Shown here piece by piece: positions 54,634 through 64,000 of a DNA stretch of 64,000 nt (positions within the stretch are counted from its first letter, which is position 1; each line of letters opens with the position of its first letter). The DNA is from Candidatus Woesearchaeota archaeon. Lineage in GTDB: Archaea > Nanobdellota > Nanobdellia > Pacearchaeales > JAHJTO01. The notes under the pieces are model-generated. The model did not search any database. It was not told where the DNA came from and worked only from the letters and a program-made list of their open reading frames with translations. The position numbers were made by a program, and so were the translations under genes. Location: NCBI GenBank assembly GCA_964540065.1, contig CAZIKY010000001.1, positions 14,798-78,797 on the forward strand, given 5' to 3'.

Positions 54634-57600
54634 CTAATAAAACAAACCGATAAATCTCTGCCATAATCCTCTGAAGTTAAACCCTTCACCCAATTTGCCT
54701 ACTGCTTGGCCAGTTATAGTTAAAGCAGGCTCTTCCTCTGAAGCATTTTCTGGAGCAGAGATATTTTCTTCAACAGGCTCGGTTAATGGCAATTCTTCAG
54801 TTAAATTCTCCGGGATATTTACGATCTCTTCTGTAGGCTCTTCAGGCAGGATAGTTTCATTGGAGGATTCAGGAACTTCTGAAGAAGGTTCTTCTACCGG
54901 GGCAGATGCCTCTTCCTCTTCTTTAGGTTTTTCATCCTTAGGGACTTTCTCTGGAACTTCAACTATCAGCTCCTCTTTTGGAATGTTTCCTGGCTTCTTC
55001 TGAATGCTAGGAAGGTCAGCATTGTTAAAAGATGCTTGCCAAGTAAACACAACGTTATTAGTTTGTGCTCCGCTTATTACAACAGAGAATCCGGAGGCAT
55101 CCACATCCTTCACTCCATAAAAGAAATTAGGCAAGCCAACAGGGGTAACAGTTACTATTGGAGCTTCATTAAACTTCTCTCCAAACTCAATCCTAGCCTC
55201 AACAAATCCTGGAGAGATTTCTATCTGTCCCGCAAGGCTTTGTTTAGTTCCATTCTGAAGAGAAGGCAAAGTTGAAGCAGCATTGTTTCCAGAAGATAAA
55301 GCTTCAACTTGGGCTTGAAGCTCCTGTATCGCCTTAAGAAGCTTCCATGGGTTTGGCTGCTCTACAAACAATATTCCGCCCTCTTCATGCACTAATTCGG
55401 GAGCAACTTCTTCAACTTCTTGTGCAATAACTCCTGTAGTCTCCTTCCCAGAAACCTTTACAGTATAATCTCGGACTTTTATCTTCTTGAATTCTTCAAG
55501 AGCAGATTTTGCATCTTTAATATCTCTCTTCAATTCTTCATCGGAAGAACATGAGGTAACAAGAGATCCGGAATCTGGATCCAAATCACATGTTCCGTCG
55601 CTATCCTGTATTCTTACCGTAGCTCCTTCTCCCGCTTGTTGCACATGCAGTCTCACTCCCGGAGCTGTTGTTCCTATGCCTACATTATTCGTTGTGTTTT
55701 GTATCAGCATTGCATTAGTTCCATGCGGCATAAAAACAATGTTTCCAGCATTGCCGTTATTAAGAGTCTCTATAAATGCTCCTTTATTTGTGCTATCATC
55801 TCTGAATCCAATTCTTAATACCTCAGCAGTTTGAAGTGCGCTTGCATTGAATGATATTGCAGAGTTTATTCCTCCAGCACCTCCATTCCCAATAATCCTG
55901 ACTGGAGAGTTATCGCTCGATTGTACAGTAAGTCTGTTCGAAGGAGATGTAGTTCCTATGCCTATATTACCACTGCTTCCAGGCATTATAACAAAGTCAT
56001 TCTGCAGGTTCAGATCTAGTCTTCCGCTGAGATCACGGGTAAAGTTAGAGGCCCCATTATAGAATAATAATTTGGCAGCATTAGATGAAATGGCTAAAGA
56101 CGAGCCAGCAACATCTAGGCTTCCATCAGTCTTTATAGTCGCAGTAGTAGAACGATAAAGATTTGCAGAGCTGTCAGTTCCAAACTGCAAACCATCAGTA
56201 GATGCGCTTGGGCTTCCGCCATGTATCTGAAGCAGAGCATTAGGGGAGGAGGACCCTATTCCGACATTCCCGCTGCTCTGATTCCAAAACATTATAGGGG
56301 TTGCCCCTCCATTTTTCAAAAACACAATGTTATATGTAGGAAGCATAGAATCTGGATTTAGATAGAACCATTTATTTGTTGTGTCTATTCCAAATTCTGC
56401 GGCTTGTCCACCATCAGCAGAAGTTGATAGTCTTAATATATCTCCAGATGCAGTGGTTTTGATTTCTAGCTGATCATCTGGGGTGGATGTTCCAATTCCT
56501 ACTTTCCTAGTTGCTCCTGCAACTACAAACGCAGGAGTTGAGAAATTTGTGGTTCCATTGCCCACAGAGGGAGTAATCTCGAACCCATTGTCAACATTCT
56601 GCTGCGCTCCGACCAAGAAATTATATTTTAACCCGGTATCATGGGTAAATCGAATATATCTTGCATCATTACCTGTAATTTGAACATGTGGGGCGCTGCC
56701 TTTTAATTCCAAAAGTGCACTAGGGGTAGTCGTTCCAATCCCAACATTCCCGCTGCTTGTAGCAAGCAGCGTCTGTCCTGAAACATTCAATGTTGATGTT
56801 ACAACATTTGAAGGGTTGAAAGTTTCGGCATAAAGTGTTCCTGTGATATTTGCATTTCCTGCGACATGAAGGAGCTGATTAGGGGAAGTTGTTCCTATCC
56901 CCAACTTCCCACTCGAAGTGAAGCGGAACCTCTCGTTGTTGGAGCCGTCGCTCAACTGAAGAATATAATTCGCTTCTGTCGAAGCTGTACCAGCAAATAC
57001 CTCAAGCCCAAATCCATCAGCTGCATTTGTATTCCTAACGAATGCAACTGTGCTTGCTGGCGCAGATTTTGAAACTGTAAACGTGCCGCCGACGTTCAGA
57101 TTGCTTGTGATATTAGCATCTCCGACAACGTTCAGCTTATTTGACGGTTCTGCTGTGCCTATTCCGACATCTCCAGTGTTTCTGACGAAGAAACCAGTTC
57201 CCGCTCCAGTATAGACTGCTAAACCAAATCCAGATTCAGAACCTAGATTCTCTATTGAAAGACCATAAGCACCAGAATTTGTATTAAGTATTTTTGCAGT
57301 CCAGTCTGCAACGCTTGTGTTTACAACAAATTTAAATCCAGGACTAGCTGTCCCGATTCCAACATTTCCCGCGTCTGTAATTCTAAAAAGATTAGTGTTT
57401 GAAGAAATAAGATCGATATTAAAACCGCTAGTATCTCTCTCTAGCCTTAGGGATCCGCCTTCATCTTTATCTTCTAAAGTCAAATGGCCGCTCGTAGCGT
57501 TTATATGAAAGATACCTGTAGGATTTGCAGTCCCGATCCCCACATTTCCGCTGCTTCCAGCAATTACTAAGGCATTGTCTGGGGCATTTCTTGAAACTAG

Positions 57601-60600
57601 AAGCTTATGTCCAGTGGTTCCAGCGTTGCTCCCCAGACCTACATAAGTCCCATTATTAAAGACATACCCTATATTATCCGAATCACCCAATGCATCAAGC
57701 CTTATCACTGCTGAACCAGAAGAATTTATATGCAATGGCTGTCCTGGAGAAGTAGTCCCTATTCCAACGTTTCCATTATCTTTAATCATCATTCTGACAC
57801 TTGGAGAAAGGAACCAGTAAAAGTCATTTCCGCCAGTATCATCCACATCATCTATGCCCGTAGTCCAAACATTGCTTTCACCCGAAGCAAATTGAATATA
57901 TGTGTTATTGCCCGTATTCTCTAATCTGAGAGCGTCTTGATTTGAAAAGGCGCCTTTTATGTGTAGTTTAGAGGATGGTGAGGTTGTCCCTATACCGATA
58001 TTCCCTCCATTATCTGCCAAGAAAATATTATTGGGAGTTGCTCTTATATACAAGTTCCCGCCTTGGGCGGCTATTTCTGGATCAGTTGCCCCCAAAGTTA
58101 AATTTTGAGAATTTGCAGGGTTAGTTATCTTGATCCCATAAGCATCTCCTCCCTGATTTATCGTAAGCCTATGATTTGAAAATGGAGCCGCAGTTCCAAT
58201 CCCAACCCTTCCGCTGCTTGTTGCAAGCAGCGTCTGACCAGAAACATTCAAAGTAGAAGTCACGACATTTGAAGGGTTGAAAGTTTCGGCATAAAGAGTT
58301 CCAGTAACATTAGCATTGCCAGCCACTTCTAACAATTGTGAAGGTGTTGTGGTATTTATCCCAATTTTATTTCCCTTAACATTCAGTCCGGTCCCTATCG
58401 CCTGCCCGCTTTCAACCAAAAATCCTGCTCCCCCAGAAGTTCCAATAACTAGAGCATTATTCGTTCCGTCATAGAACTGTATTCTTGGGCTTCCAGTTCC
58501 TTGGAAGTTTGCAAGGACTTCATTCCCTCCACGGACATCCAAGTTATAGGAAGGATCCGCTGTCTTAATTCCTACTTTTCCAGCGGTCTTATTCACATAA
58601 AGAGTGTTATTAAGATTAACATCCCCTACAACAGTTAAAAGATGTGAAGGAGTAGTTGTTCCGATACCGACATTGCCTGATGTATCTATTGCTAATCTAA
58701 CTGCCGAAGCATCACTGCCAACAGTGGAATCCATTATTTCGAAATTGTCATTTCTAGCCCCTACTGTTTGGATAGTGTAATGTCGGGCATCATTTTGAAT
58801 TCTGATGTGAGGATTGCTGTTTGTAAAGGAATTATTTAATAGAAGCATAGAAGCAGTTCCTAAAGCATCACTGGTTATATGGACTCTATAATCCTCTGGA
58901 CTAGTAGTCCCAATGCCTACGTTTCCCTTATAAGAAAGCGTAAGAACATCTGTAGGGCTATTAGATTGTAAGTTTCTAAATCTCACTTTTGAGTCAGTAG
59001 TATTCACATCCAAACCTATGCCAAATGCAGTATCACTATTAGTGGCTATAGAAAATAAATCATCTATCGTTCCAGCAGTATTTCCATAATCTGCCCTCAT
59101 AATCCAATATATATTTCCGCCCTGAGAAGCTGCTCCAGATACATGCAACGGCGCAGAAGGACTTGCCGTTCCGATTCCTACCCTTCCAGAAGAGTCTATC
59201 CTCATTCTTTCATTAAGCCCATTTGTTGAAAAGGTTATCGCTTTGTTGCCTGCATCAAATTCTATCGCCCCTAGATTATCAGCAGTAGAATTTCCGAATA
59301 GTATCCTTGGATCAAAAGCTGTATCATTCACCAAAAACCTTAGTACCGCATTATTGCTTGCAGTATTTTCAATCCTTAGTTCTGTTTGGTCAGTGTTTGA
59401 TAGGTGCAGTTTTGTTCCAGAGTTTGGACTTGAGGTCCCTATGCCTACATTAGTTTCAACTAACAACCCATCAGAGGGGGCAGTTGTAGAGGGGGCAAAA
59501 CCAATATTGACTCCTCCGTTAACCGTAAGCTTGCTCCCAGTAGCACTAGAAGGTCCTGCAGCGATGTCTCCGATGATCACATCTCCATCAGCCGCGCTCA
59601 TGAAAAGCGTTTGAAATCCTGAAGTTTTGAAGCTAAATCCATTCTCCTGCCATTGGTTATCCACTAAGAATGTAGAATTGATTATTGCTTGGTCTGACCT
59701 TATAATGCTTACACCATCAAGAGTAGAAGCGTTAATAGTTAATTTATTTGAAGGGTTTGTCGTTCCGATCCCAACGTTGCCATTTGTGAATAAGGTTTTA
59801 GCAGATCTTATCTTCAAGTCTGCAAATGCGTTATCTGCATCATTGACTGCATCTATGGCTACTGCCCCTAAATGATCTCTTACGACTAAATTTTCATTTG
59901 TTGCAACCTTTACGTTAAATTTATCTAAGGGAGAAGTCGTTCCAATTCCAACATTCCCGCTGCTCGTCGCAAGCAGCGTCTGCCCAGAAACATTGAGAGT
60001 GCTTGAAACCAAGCCATTTGGCGTAAAGGTCCCTGCATAAAGTGTTCCAGTTATGTTTGCATCTCCAAGGACATTTAATTTGTTTGCAGGAGTGGCAGTT
60101 CCCAAACCTATGCCTACGTTGCCGTTATCACCTATTCTTAAAATTCTCGTTCCCCCATAAGCAATCGATAGCGCATTGCCGTCAGCGATGAATGTGTAAG
60201 GAAATGCCTGCCCCGTATCATTAATAACTAATGCAGGCCCATCATTTCCAGCAATGACCAAAGCGTTGTCTGATCCTAAAACAGTTCCAGGTGCAGTAGT
60301 TCCAATGCCTACCTTGCCTGTGCTGCTGATGTGCAATCTGCTTGCTGAGGCAGATTCGTCATAAATGTCAAACTCATCATTTACAACCCTTCCCAAGCCT
60401 ACAGACCAATTTCCTAAGGGAGTGTTTATCCTTAGGCCCGCAACACTATTTCCGTCAGTCTGGGTGATTATTTGTTGTGTTGACGACCCTGAGATATGCA
60501 AATGGCTTTGGGGGTTGGTAGTTCCCATTCCCACATTACCGGACTGATCAATTGTCAAGAATTGGTCTGCCCCGCCACCATCTCCCCGTATATAGAATTT

Positions 60601-63600
60601 GAATGAATCATCGTCATCGCTTCCTATAGACCATTTTCCAGTACCATCATTATTTAAGGATAATTGCGGATCTCCAGTGCCTGCAGCATTTATCAATGTT
60701 GATACGAATCCGGATCCATTTATTTCAAGTTCTGTAGAAGGAGTTGTTGTACCGATACCGACATTCCCGGTAACATTTTGTATAAAGATTCTTGTTGAGG
60801 CACCTTCTGCGATTTCAAATGCATCTGTTGCAACATTCACTCTTGGACCTACTGCCCATTTACTCGTTCCGGCGTTGTTTAACCATCTTAGTCCTCCGCC
60901 ATAAGTTGCATCCGCATTATTTTGTATTTTCAACAAAGGAGAGCTCCCATTAACCAAAATATTCCCCCCATTTACTTCAAGTTTCTCTGAAGGGCTTGTA
61001 GTGCTTATCCCTAACTTCCCCTGATACTGAGATATCCCTGCAACAAAGGAGCCTGTCCCCGCATCATAAAGTGTCCAGCCGCCATTTGCAAGATTATTTA
61101 GGGCAAATCTTTTAGCTCCGCTTCGATTTGATACTGCGAGAGCAGTAGATCCATCATCATTGCTGATCTGAAGCCCATAGTTTATTAGGGCGGCATCTGT
61201 GCTGCCGATTGTGACTTTTCCGTTAGAGGTTGCTAAATGGGTTGTGCTTGAGGTATTTAGATTATTAGTGGAAATTGTTGATGGGCTAAACGTTCCAGCA
61301 TAAAGTGTTCCAGTTACATTTACCGACCCATCATCTCTTAAAATTAGCCTATATTGGCCATCATCGATATTGTAAAAATAAAGTCCATTTGCAGTAGAGT
61401 CGCTACCTATTGCCCAATCCTCTTGGGCAGGATCATTGAGTACAATTTCATTTTGATAATAAATTTGTCCAGTAATATTGGTGTCTCCAAGAACATTTAA
61501 TGCATTGGCGGGGTTGGCAGTCCCTATTCCCACCTTGCCGTTTCCCTGGGCAATAAAAACCGTAGATGAAGAAGCATTAATGATTTTTACTAAGTCAGTT
61601 ATGGCGGTATTTAATCCTTGTAAATACAGCCCCCTCGTGCTAGAAGTGATAATATCAAGGGTAATATCATCAGCATCCGTAGAATTTATTCTTACGCCTT
61701 TTCCATCACTAGTTTGCAGTATTTCTAATCTAGCGGAAGGGCTCGTTGTTCCAATCCCCACATTCTGACTATTGGTCTTCAAAGTGAGTGAAGCAGCGCC
61801 AAAGGATCCCCCGGCATCTTGGGTTGCAAACTCTACTCTTGAGTTAGCCTCATCAACCGCAATATCCAGGCTAGTCGGCGAGGCAGTATCTGAAGAAAAT
61901 CTTGCTCCGGCGCCAACAGAATGTAAGACTCTTAAAGGAGAAGTTGTTCCGATCCCAACATTGCCCCCAGGAGTAATCCTCATCCGCTCATTTGCTCCAC
62001 TGTTAAGACTTGCATTGGTGGCAAAAACGATTGGAGATTCTGAGCCCCCAATCAAGTTCAATCCTGCTTCTCCAATAACAAATCCGCTGTTGTTTGCGGC
62101 AAAGAAAGAATTTGTTGAAGAAAATGTCCCTAGCTGAGTGAAATAAGTTGGATTATAAACTGCGATTGCGTTTCGAGTATCGGAGCTAGAAGTAAATTTT
62201 GATAGAACACCACTAGTTGGAGTACCTACGACTTCTAACTTATTGGACGGACTCGATGTTCCCAATCCAATATCGCCATCTGATTGGATCACCAATGGAG
62301 CAGTTAACCCGGATCTTTCCAAAGCAAAACTTCCATTACCTATTCCAGTAAAGCCATCTCCAACAACTATATCCCAATATCCTGCATTAGTATTCGTATT
62401 ATTGATTCTTATCCCTGCACGATTGTCTGCCTCAGATCCTTGAACTTGTAATAAACGCGTTGGACTAGCCGTTCCTATGCCAACATTCCCCCCACTCGTC
62501 GCAAGCAATGTTTGTCCCGTAGTGTTTAAAGTGCCGGTCACTAAATTATTTGGGCTGAACGTTCCTGCATAAAGGTTTCCAGTAACGTTTGCATTACCTG
62601 CAACGTGAAGAAGTTGACTTGGAGAAGTCGTATTTATTCCGACCTTACCTGAAGAGTCAATGAAGATTCTAGAGGCTTCTGATCCTCCATCCCAAGTGTC
62701 TATCTGAAAAGATACAGCACCAGTCCCAGAATCACGGGTAATTGCCCTAAGCCTAACATTTGAAGTTCCGCTTACACTGGCACCGCCGTCTGTTAGGAAT
62801 GCAACTTGTGCTTCATTCCCTATTGCTGCTCCAGCCGGATTGTCTATTGCAAAGACTGGGCCTAAAGCGCCGCTTGCAGATTGAGAAACATGGAGTATGT
62901 CTTCGGGGCTTGTAGTCCCGATTCCCACATTCCCTGAACTATCAATCCTTAAACGAGGGATTCCAGTTGTTTGAAAATCCAAGCTATCTCCGGAGCTTGC
63001 AGGGCCAAATTGCGTATCCCCTGTACCCGTAATAATCCACTGAGAAGTGCCGGCTCCAGATCCTGTCCTTTGCAATCTTAACTCTGAATCTGCAGAATCC
63101 CTTATCAAATGCAGAAGAGCTTCAGGCCCTGAAGTTCCTATCCCGACATTTCCTCCTGCAGCATTAAAGAAAGTAGTTCCATTGCCGAGTATCTGTGCGC
63201 TGACAATTCCATTATTATACCACTGCTGAAATACCCTGTCATTGCTTCCGTCCCTTCCAATTCTAGTTAGAAGATTGGACGTAGCGGTGTTGTAAAGGGC
63301 AATGCCCCGGTCATTTGCATTTGTATAAACAGTCAAGGGATAATCTGTCGGAGTTTCTGAGCCAATTGAAACATATTGTGCCACAGTCAAGTTATTTGTA
63401 ATGTTAACATTCCCAGTAAATCTAAGATAACCATCAACAATATTATCTATCATTTCATTAAATGAAAAAGTTATCTTTTGTCCGATTGTCAGGTTTGTGT
63501 TTGGATTGATATCCTCTTCAGCTATGTCTCCCAGCGGAGCATAGAAGAACTGCCTGTCAACATTGCTGCTCGTGAGGTTTGTGAAGTTGACATCTTCGCC

Positions 63601-63966
63601 GTTTATTCTGTAATCCATCCAATATTTTTTTCCAAATTCAAGTGAAAGAGGATTAGAACCATTTTCTCCAAGCATGACATTCCACTGCCCGTTAGAAATT
63701 CCGTTTGGAAAAGTTTCGTCATAAATTAAACTGCCTCCGGATGGAGAATCGTAGACTAAAACCCTCAAACTGCCAGTCGAAAGCAGGGAGCCGGACGTCT
63801 TGTTACGGACATCCGTCCCCTGGTTCGACAAAGAGACGTTCAGAGACGCTAAGGTTAGAGAAGATGAAAATAAAATGAGGAGTAAGACTGCCGAAACCAA
63901 GACGTAGGCTTTTCGATTGAAATTAAAAAGATCATTTCTCATTTTGCAACTTCTTAAGATTTTCAA
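54634..63966 (-). CDS. giant secreted fibre protein (3110 aa): tail-fibre-like repeat protein with a C-terminal Peptidase_S74 intramolecular-chaperone domain and an H-type-lectin-like module
   Basis: N-terminal signal/anchor (AYVLVSAVLLLILFSSSLTLASL). About 33 repeats of [ST]GNVGIGT[TA][ST]P. S74 / CIMCD signature '...SSDEELKRDIKDAKSALEEFKKIKVRDYTVKVSGKETTGVIAQEVEEVAPELVHEEGGILFVEQPNPWKLLKAIQELQAQVEAL' (about 55290-55560). Then '...VEARIEFGEKFNEAPIVTVTPVGLPNFFYGVKDVDASGFSVVISGAQTNNVVFTWQAS' (H-type-lectin-like, tentative), an acidic PE-rich tail, and C-terminal ...GLWQRFIGLFY. Confidence 0.85.
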   Translation of the reverse strand: MKILRSCKMRNDLFNFNRKAYVLVSAVLLLILFSSSLTLASLNVSLSNQGTDVRNKTSGSLLSTGSLRVLVYDSPSGGSLIYDETFPNGISNGQWNVMLGENGSNPLSLEFGKKYWMDYRINGEDVNFTNLTSSNVDRQFFYAPLGDIAEEDINPNTNLTIGQKITFSFNEMIDNIVDGYLRFTGNVNITNNLTVAQYVSIGSETPTDYPLTVYTNANDRGIALYNTATSNLLTRIGRDGSNDRVFQQWYNNGIVSAQILGNGTTFFNAAGGNVGIGTSGPEALLHLIRDSADSELRLQRTGSGAGTSQWIITGTGDTQFGPASSGDSLDFQTTGIPRLRIDSSGNVGIGTTSPEDILHVSQSASGALGPVFAIDNPAGAAIGNEAQVAFLTDGGASVSGTSNVRLRAITRDSGTGAVSFQIDTWDGGSEASRIFIDSSGKVGINTTSPSQLLHVAGNANVTGNLYAGTFSPNNLVTGTLNTTGQTLLATSGGNVGIGTASPTRLLQVQGSEADNRAGIRINNTNTNAGYWDIVVGDGFTGIGNGSFALERSGLTAPLVIQSDGDIGLGTSSPSNKLEVVGTPTSGVLSKFTSSSDTRNAIAVYNPTYFTQLGTFSSTNSFFAANNSGFVIGEAGLNLIGGSESPIVFATNASLNSGANERMRITPGGNVGIGTTSPLRVLHSVGAGARFSSDTASPTSLDIAVDEANSRVEFATQDAGGSFGAASLTLKTNSQNVGIGTTSPSARLEILQTSDGKGVRINSTDADDITLDIITSSTRGLYLQGLNTAITDLVKIINASSSTVFIAQGNGKVGIGTANPANALNVLGDTNITGQIYYQNEIVLNDPAQEDWAIGSDSTANGLYFYNIDDGQYRLILRDDGSVNVTGTLYAGTFSPSTISTNNLNTSSTTHLATSNGKVTIGSTDAALINYGLQISNDDGSTALAVSNRSGAKRFALNNLANGGWTLYDAGTGSFVAGISQYQGKLGISTTSPSEKLEVNGGNILVNGSSPLLKIQNNADATYGGGLRWLNNAGTSKWAVGPRVNVATDAFEIAEGASTRIFIQNVTGNVGIGTTTPSTELEINGSGFVSTLINAAGTGDPQLSLNNDGTGKWSIGSDDDDSFKFYIRGDGGGADQFLTIDQSGNVGMGTTNPQSHLHISGSSTQQIITQTDGNSVAGLRINTPLGNWSVGLGRVVNDEFDIYDESASASRLHISSTGKVGIGTTAPGTVLGSDNALVIAGNDGPALVINDTGQAFPYTFIADGNALSIAYGGTRILRIGDNGNVGIGLGTATPANKLNVLGDANITGTLYAGTFTPNGLVSSTLNVSGQTLLATSSGNVGIGTTSPLDKFNVKVATNENLVVRDHLGAVAIDAVNDADNAFADLKIRSAKTLFTNGNVGIGTTNPSNKLTINASTLDGVSIIRSDQAIINSTFLVDNQWQENGFSFKTSGFQTLFMSAADGDVIIGDIAAGPSSATGSKLTVNGGVNIGFAPSTTAPSDGLLVETNVGIGTSSPNSGTKLHLSNTDQTELRIENTASNNAVLRFLVNDTAFDPRILFGNSTADNLGAIEFDAGNKAITFSTNGLNERMRIDSSGRVGIGTASPSAPLHVSGAASQGGNIYWIMRADYGNTAGTIDDLFSIATNSDTAFGIGLDVNTTDSKVRFRNLQSNSPTDVLTLSYKGNVGIGTTSPEDYRVHITSDALGTASMLLLNNSFTNSNPHIRIQNDARHYTIQTVGARNDNFEIMDSTVGSDASAVRLAIDTSGNVGIGTTTPSHLLTVVGDVNLNNTLYVNKTAGKVGIKTADPSYNLDVRGGNEVLANFQGTGSPRIQFYDGTNNALVIGTSGGAGFLVESGQAIGTGLNVKGNKIGINTTTPSQLLEVAGNANVTGTLYAETFNPSNVVTSTLNVSGQTLLATSSGRVGIGTAAPFSNHRLTINQGGDAYGIKITNPANSQNLTLGATDPEIAAQGGNLYIRATPNNIFLADNGGNIGIGTTSPSSKLHIKGAFSNQDALRLENTGNNTYIQFASGESNVWTTGIDDVDDTGGNDFYWFLSPSVRMMIKDNGNVGIGTTSPGQPLHINSSGSAVIRLDALGDSDNIGYVFNNGTYVGLGSNAGTTGHKLLVSRNAPDNALVIAGSSGNVGIGTANPTGIFHINATSGHLTLEDKDEGGSLRLERDTSGFNIDLISSNTNLFRITDAGNVGIGTASPGFKFVVNTSVADWTAKILNTNSGAYGLSIENLGSESGFGLAVYTGAGTGFFVRNTGDVGIGTAEPSNKLNVVGDANITSNLNVGGTFTVSKSAPASTVAFVRNTNAADGFGLEVFAGTASTEANYILQLSDGSNNERFRFTSSGKLGIGTTSPNQLLHVAGNANITGTLYAETFNPSNVVTSTLNVSGQTLLATSSGNVGIGTTTPSALLELKGSAPHVQITGNDARYIRFTHDTGLKYNFLVGAQQNVDNGFEITPSVGNGTTNFSTPAFVVAGATRKVGIGTSTPDDQLEIKTTASGDILRLSTSADGGQAAEFGIDTTNKWFYLNPDSMLPTYNIVFLKNGGATPIMFWNQSSGNVGIGSSSPNALLQIHGGSPSASTDGLQFGTDSSANLYRSTTATIKTDGSLDVAGSSLAISSNAAKLLFYNGASNFTRDLSGRLDLNLQNDFVIMPGSSGNIGIGTTSPSNRLTVQSSDNSPVRIIGNGGAGGINSAISFNASALQTAEVLRIGFRDDSTNKGAFIETLNNGNAGNIVFMPHGTNAMLIQNTTNNVGIGTTAPGVRLHVQQAGEGATVRIQDSDGTCDLDPDSGSLVTSCSSDEELKRDIKDAKSALEEFKKIKVRDYTVKVSGKETTGVIAQEVEEVAPELVHEEGGILFVEQPNPWKLLKAIQELQAQVEALSSGNNAASTLPSLQNGTKQSLAGQIEISPGFVEARIEFGEKFNEAPIVTVTPVGLPNFFYGVKDVDASGFSVVISGAQTNNVVFTWQASFNNADLPSIQKKPGNIPKEELIVEVPEKVPKDEKPKEEEEASAPVEEPSSEVPESSNETILPEEPTEEIVNIPENLTEELPLTEPVEENISAPENASEEEPALTITGQAVGKLGEGFNFRGLWQRFIGLFY
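55866..63165 (-). repeat. array of about 33 degenerate ~80-100-aa fibre repeats centred on GNVGIGTTSP, including several near-identical ~120-bp DNA copies
   Basis: Protein periodicity. DNA 56740-56860 matches 58200-58320, and 59940-60060 matches 62480-62600 (segment ...GTLYAETFNPSNVVTSTLNVSGQTLLATSSGNVGIGTTSP recurs four times). Boundaries approximate. Confidence 0.8.
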
Positions 63967-64000
63967 TAACTAGGCTCTTGACGAATTCGGTTTTCTTTAT

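Noticed and set aside
54695-63229. + strand ORFs inside 54634..63966 (e.g. 55487..55834, 59243..59614, 61772..62137), rich in VPIPTLP motifs
   Set aside because: Antisense of the GNVGIGT repeat codons: the reverse complement of ggn-gtt-gga-att-gga yields ...PIPT.... These are artefacts of the 3110-aa gene.
54634-63966. Interpretation of the tail-fibre-like gene as part of an integrated provirus
   Set aside because: No capsid, terminase, portal, integrase or other tail genes are visible in the 10 kb on either side, and the neighbours are host-type secreted and regulatory proteins. A domesticated fibre is the more economical reading, although the window edge at 64000 prevents full exclusion.

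Overview
AT-rich archaeal window with compact, overlapping genes and Shine-Dalgarno-like GGAGG motifs. Informational genes (partial aIF-1A, RIO kinase, KH protein, archaeal-type ProRS, L15e, TFE), a form-III RuBisCO and intron-containing tRNAs make a DPANN-type archaeon the likely source; that attribution is inference. The window is dominated by cell-surface machinery. (1) A 20.6-kb minus-strand gene (5424..25994, 6856 aa) encodes a giant membrane-anchored surface protein with more than 50 tandem ~96-aa sequon-rich Ig-like repeats, a poly-Gly linker, a 6-Cys membrane-proximal module, one TM helix and a ~450-aa cytoplasmic tail. It is flanked by three paralogous 64-65-aa winged-helix genes, each preceded by a conserved palindrome (CTATGAATATTCATAG), then a free soluble paralog of the cytoplasmic tail and a ParA/MinD-type ATPase. 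I consider this a candidate undescribed positioning/regulation system for a giant adhesin. (2) A type IV pilus locus with a FlaI/TadA-like ATPase, a split FlaJ (TadB- and TadC-like genes) and six genes with class III (pilin) signal peptides, next to a KaiC-like ATPase pair plus a two-component system. (3) A 9.3-kb gene (54634..63966, 3110 aa) encoding a phage-tail-fibre-like protein with ~33 'GNVGIGTTSP' repeats, a C-terminal Peptidase_S74 intramolecular-chaperone domain and an H-type-lectin-like module. It sits downstream of a cluster of secreted proteins and a membrane protein with tandem C-terminal HTH domains. Two tRNAs are present: tRNA-Asn(GUU) with two insertions or introns, overlapping the 3' end of a CDS, and tRNA-Arg(UCG) with a canonical intron. 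Most + strand ORFs listed across the two giant genes are antisense artefacts.
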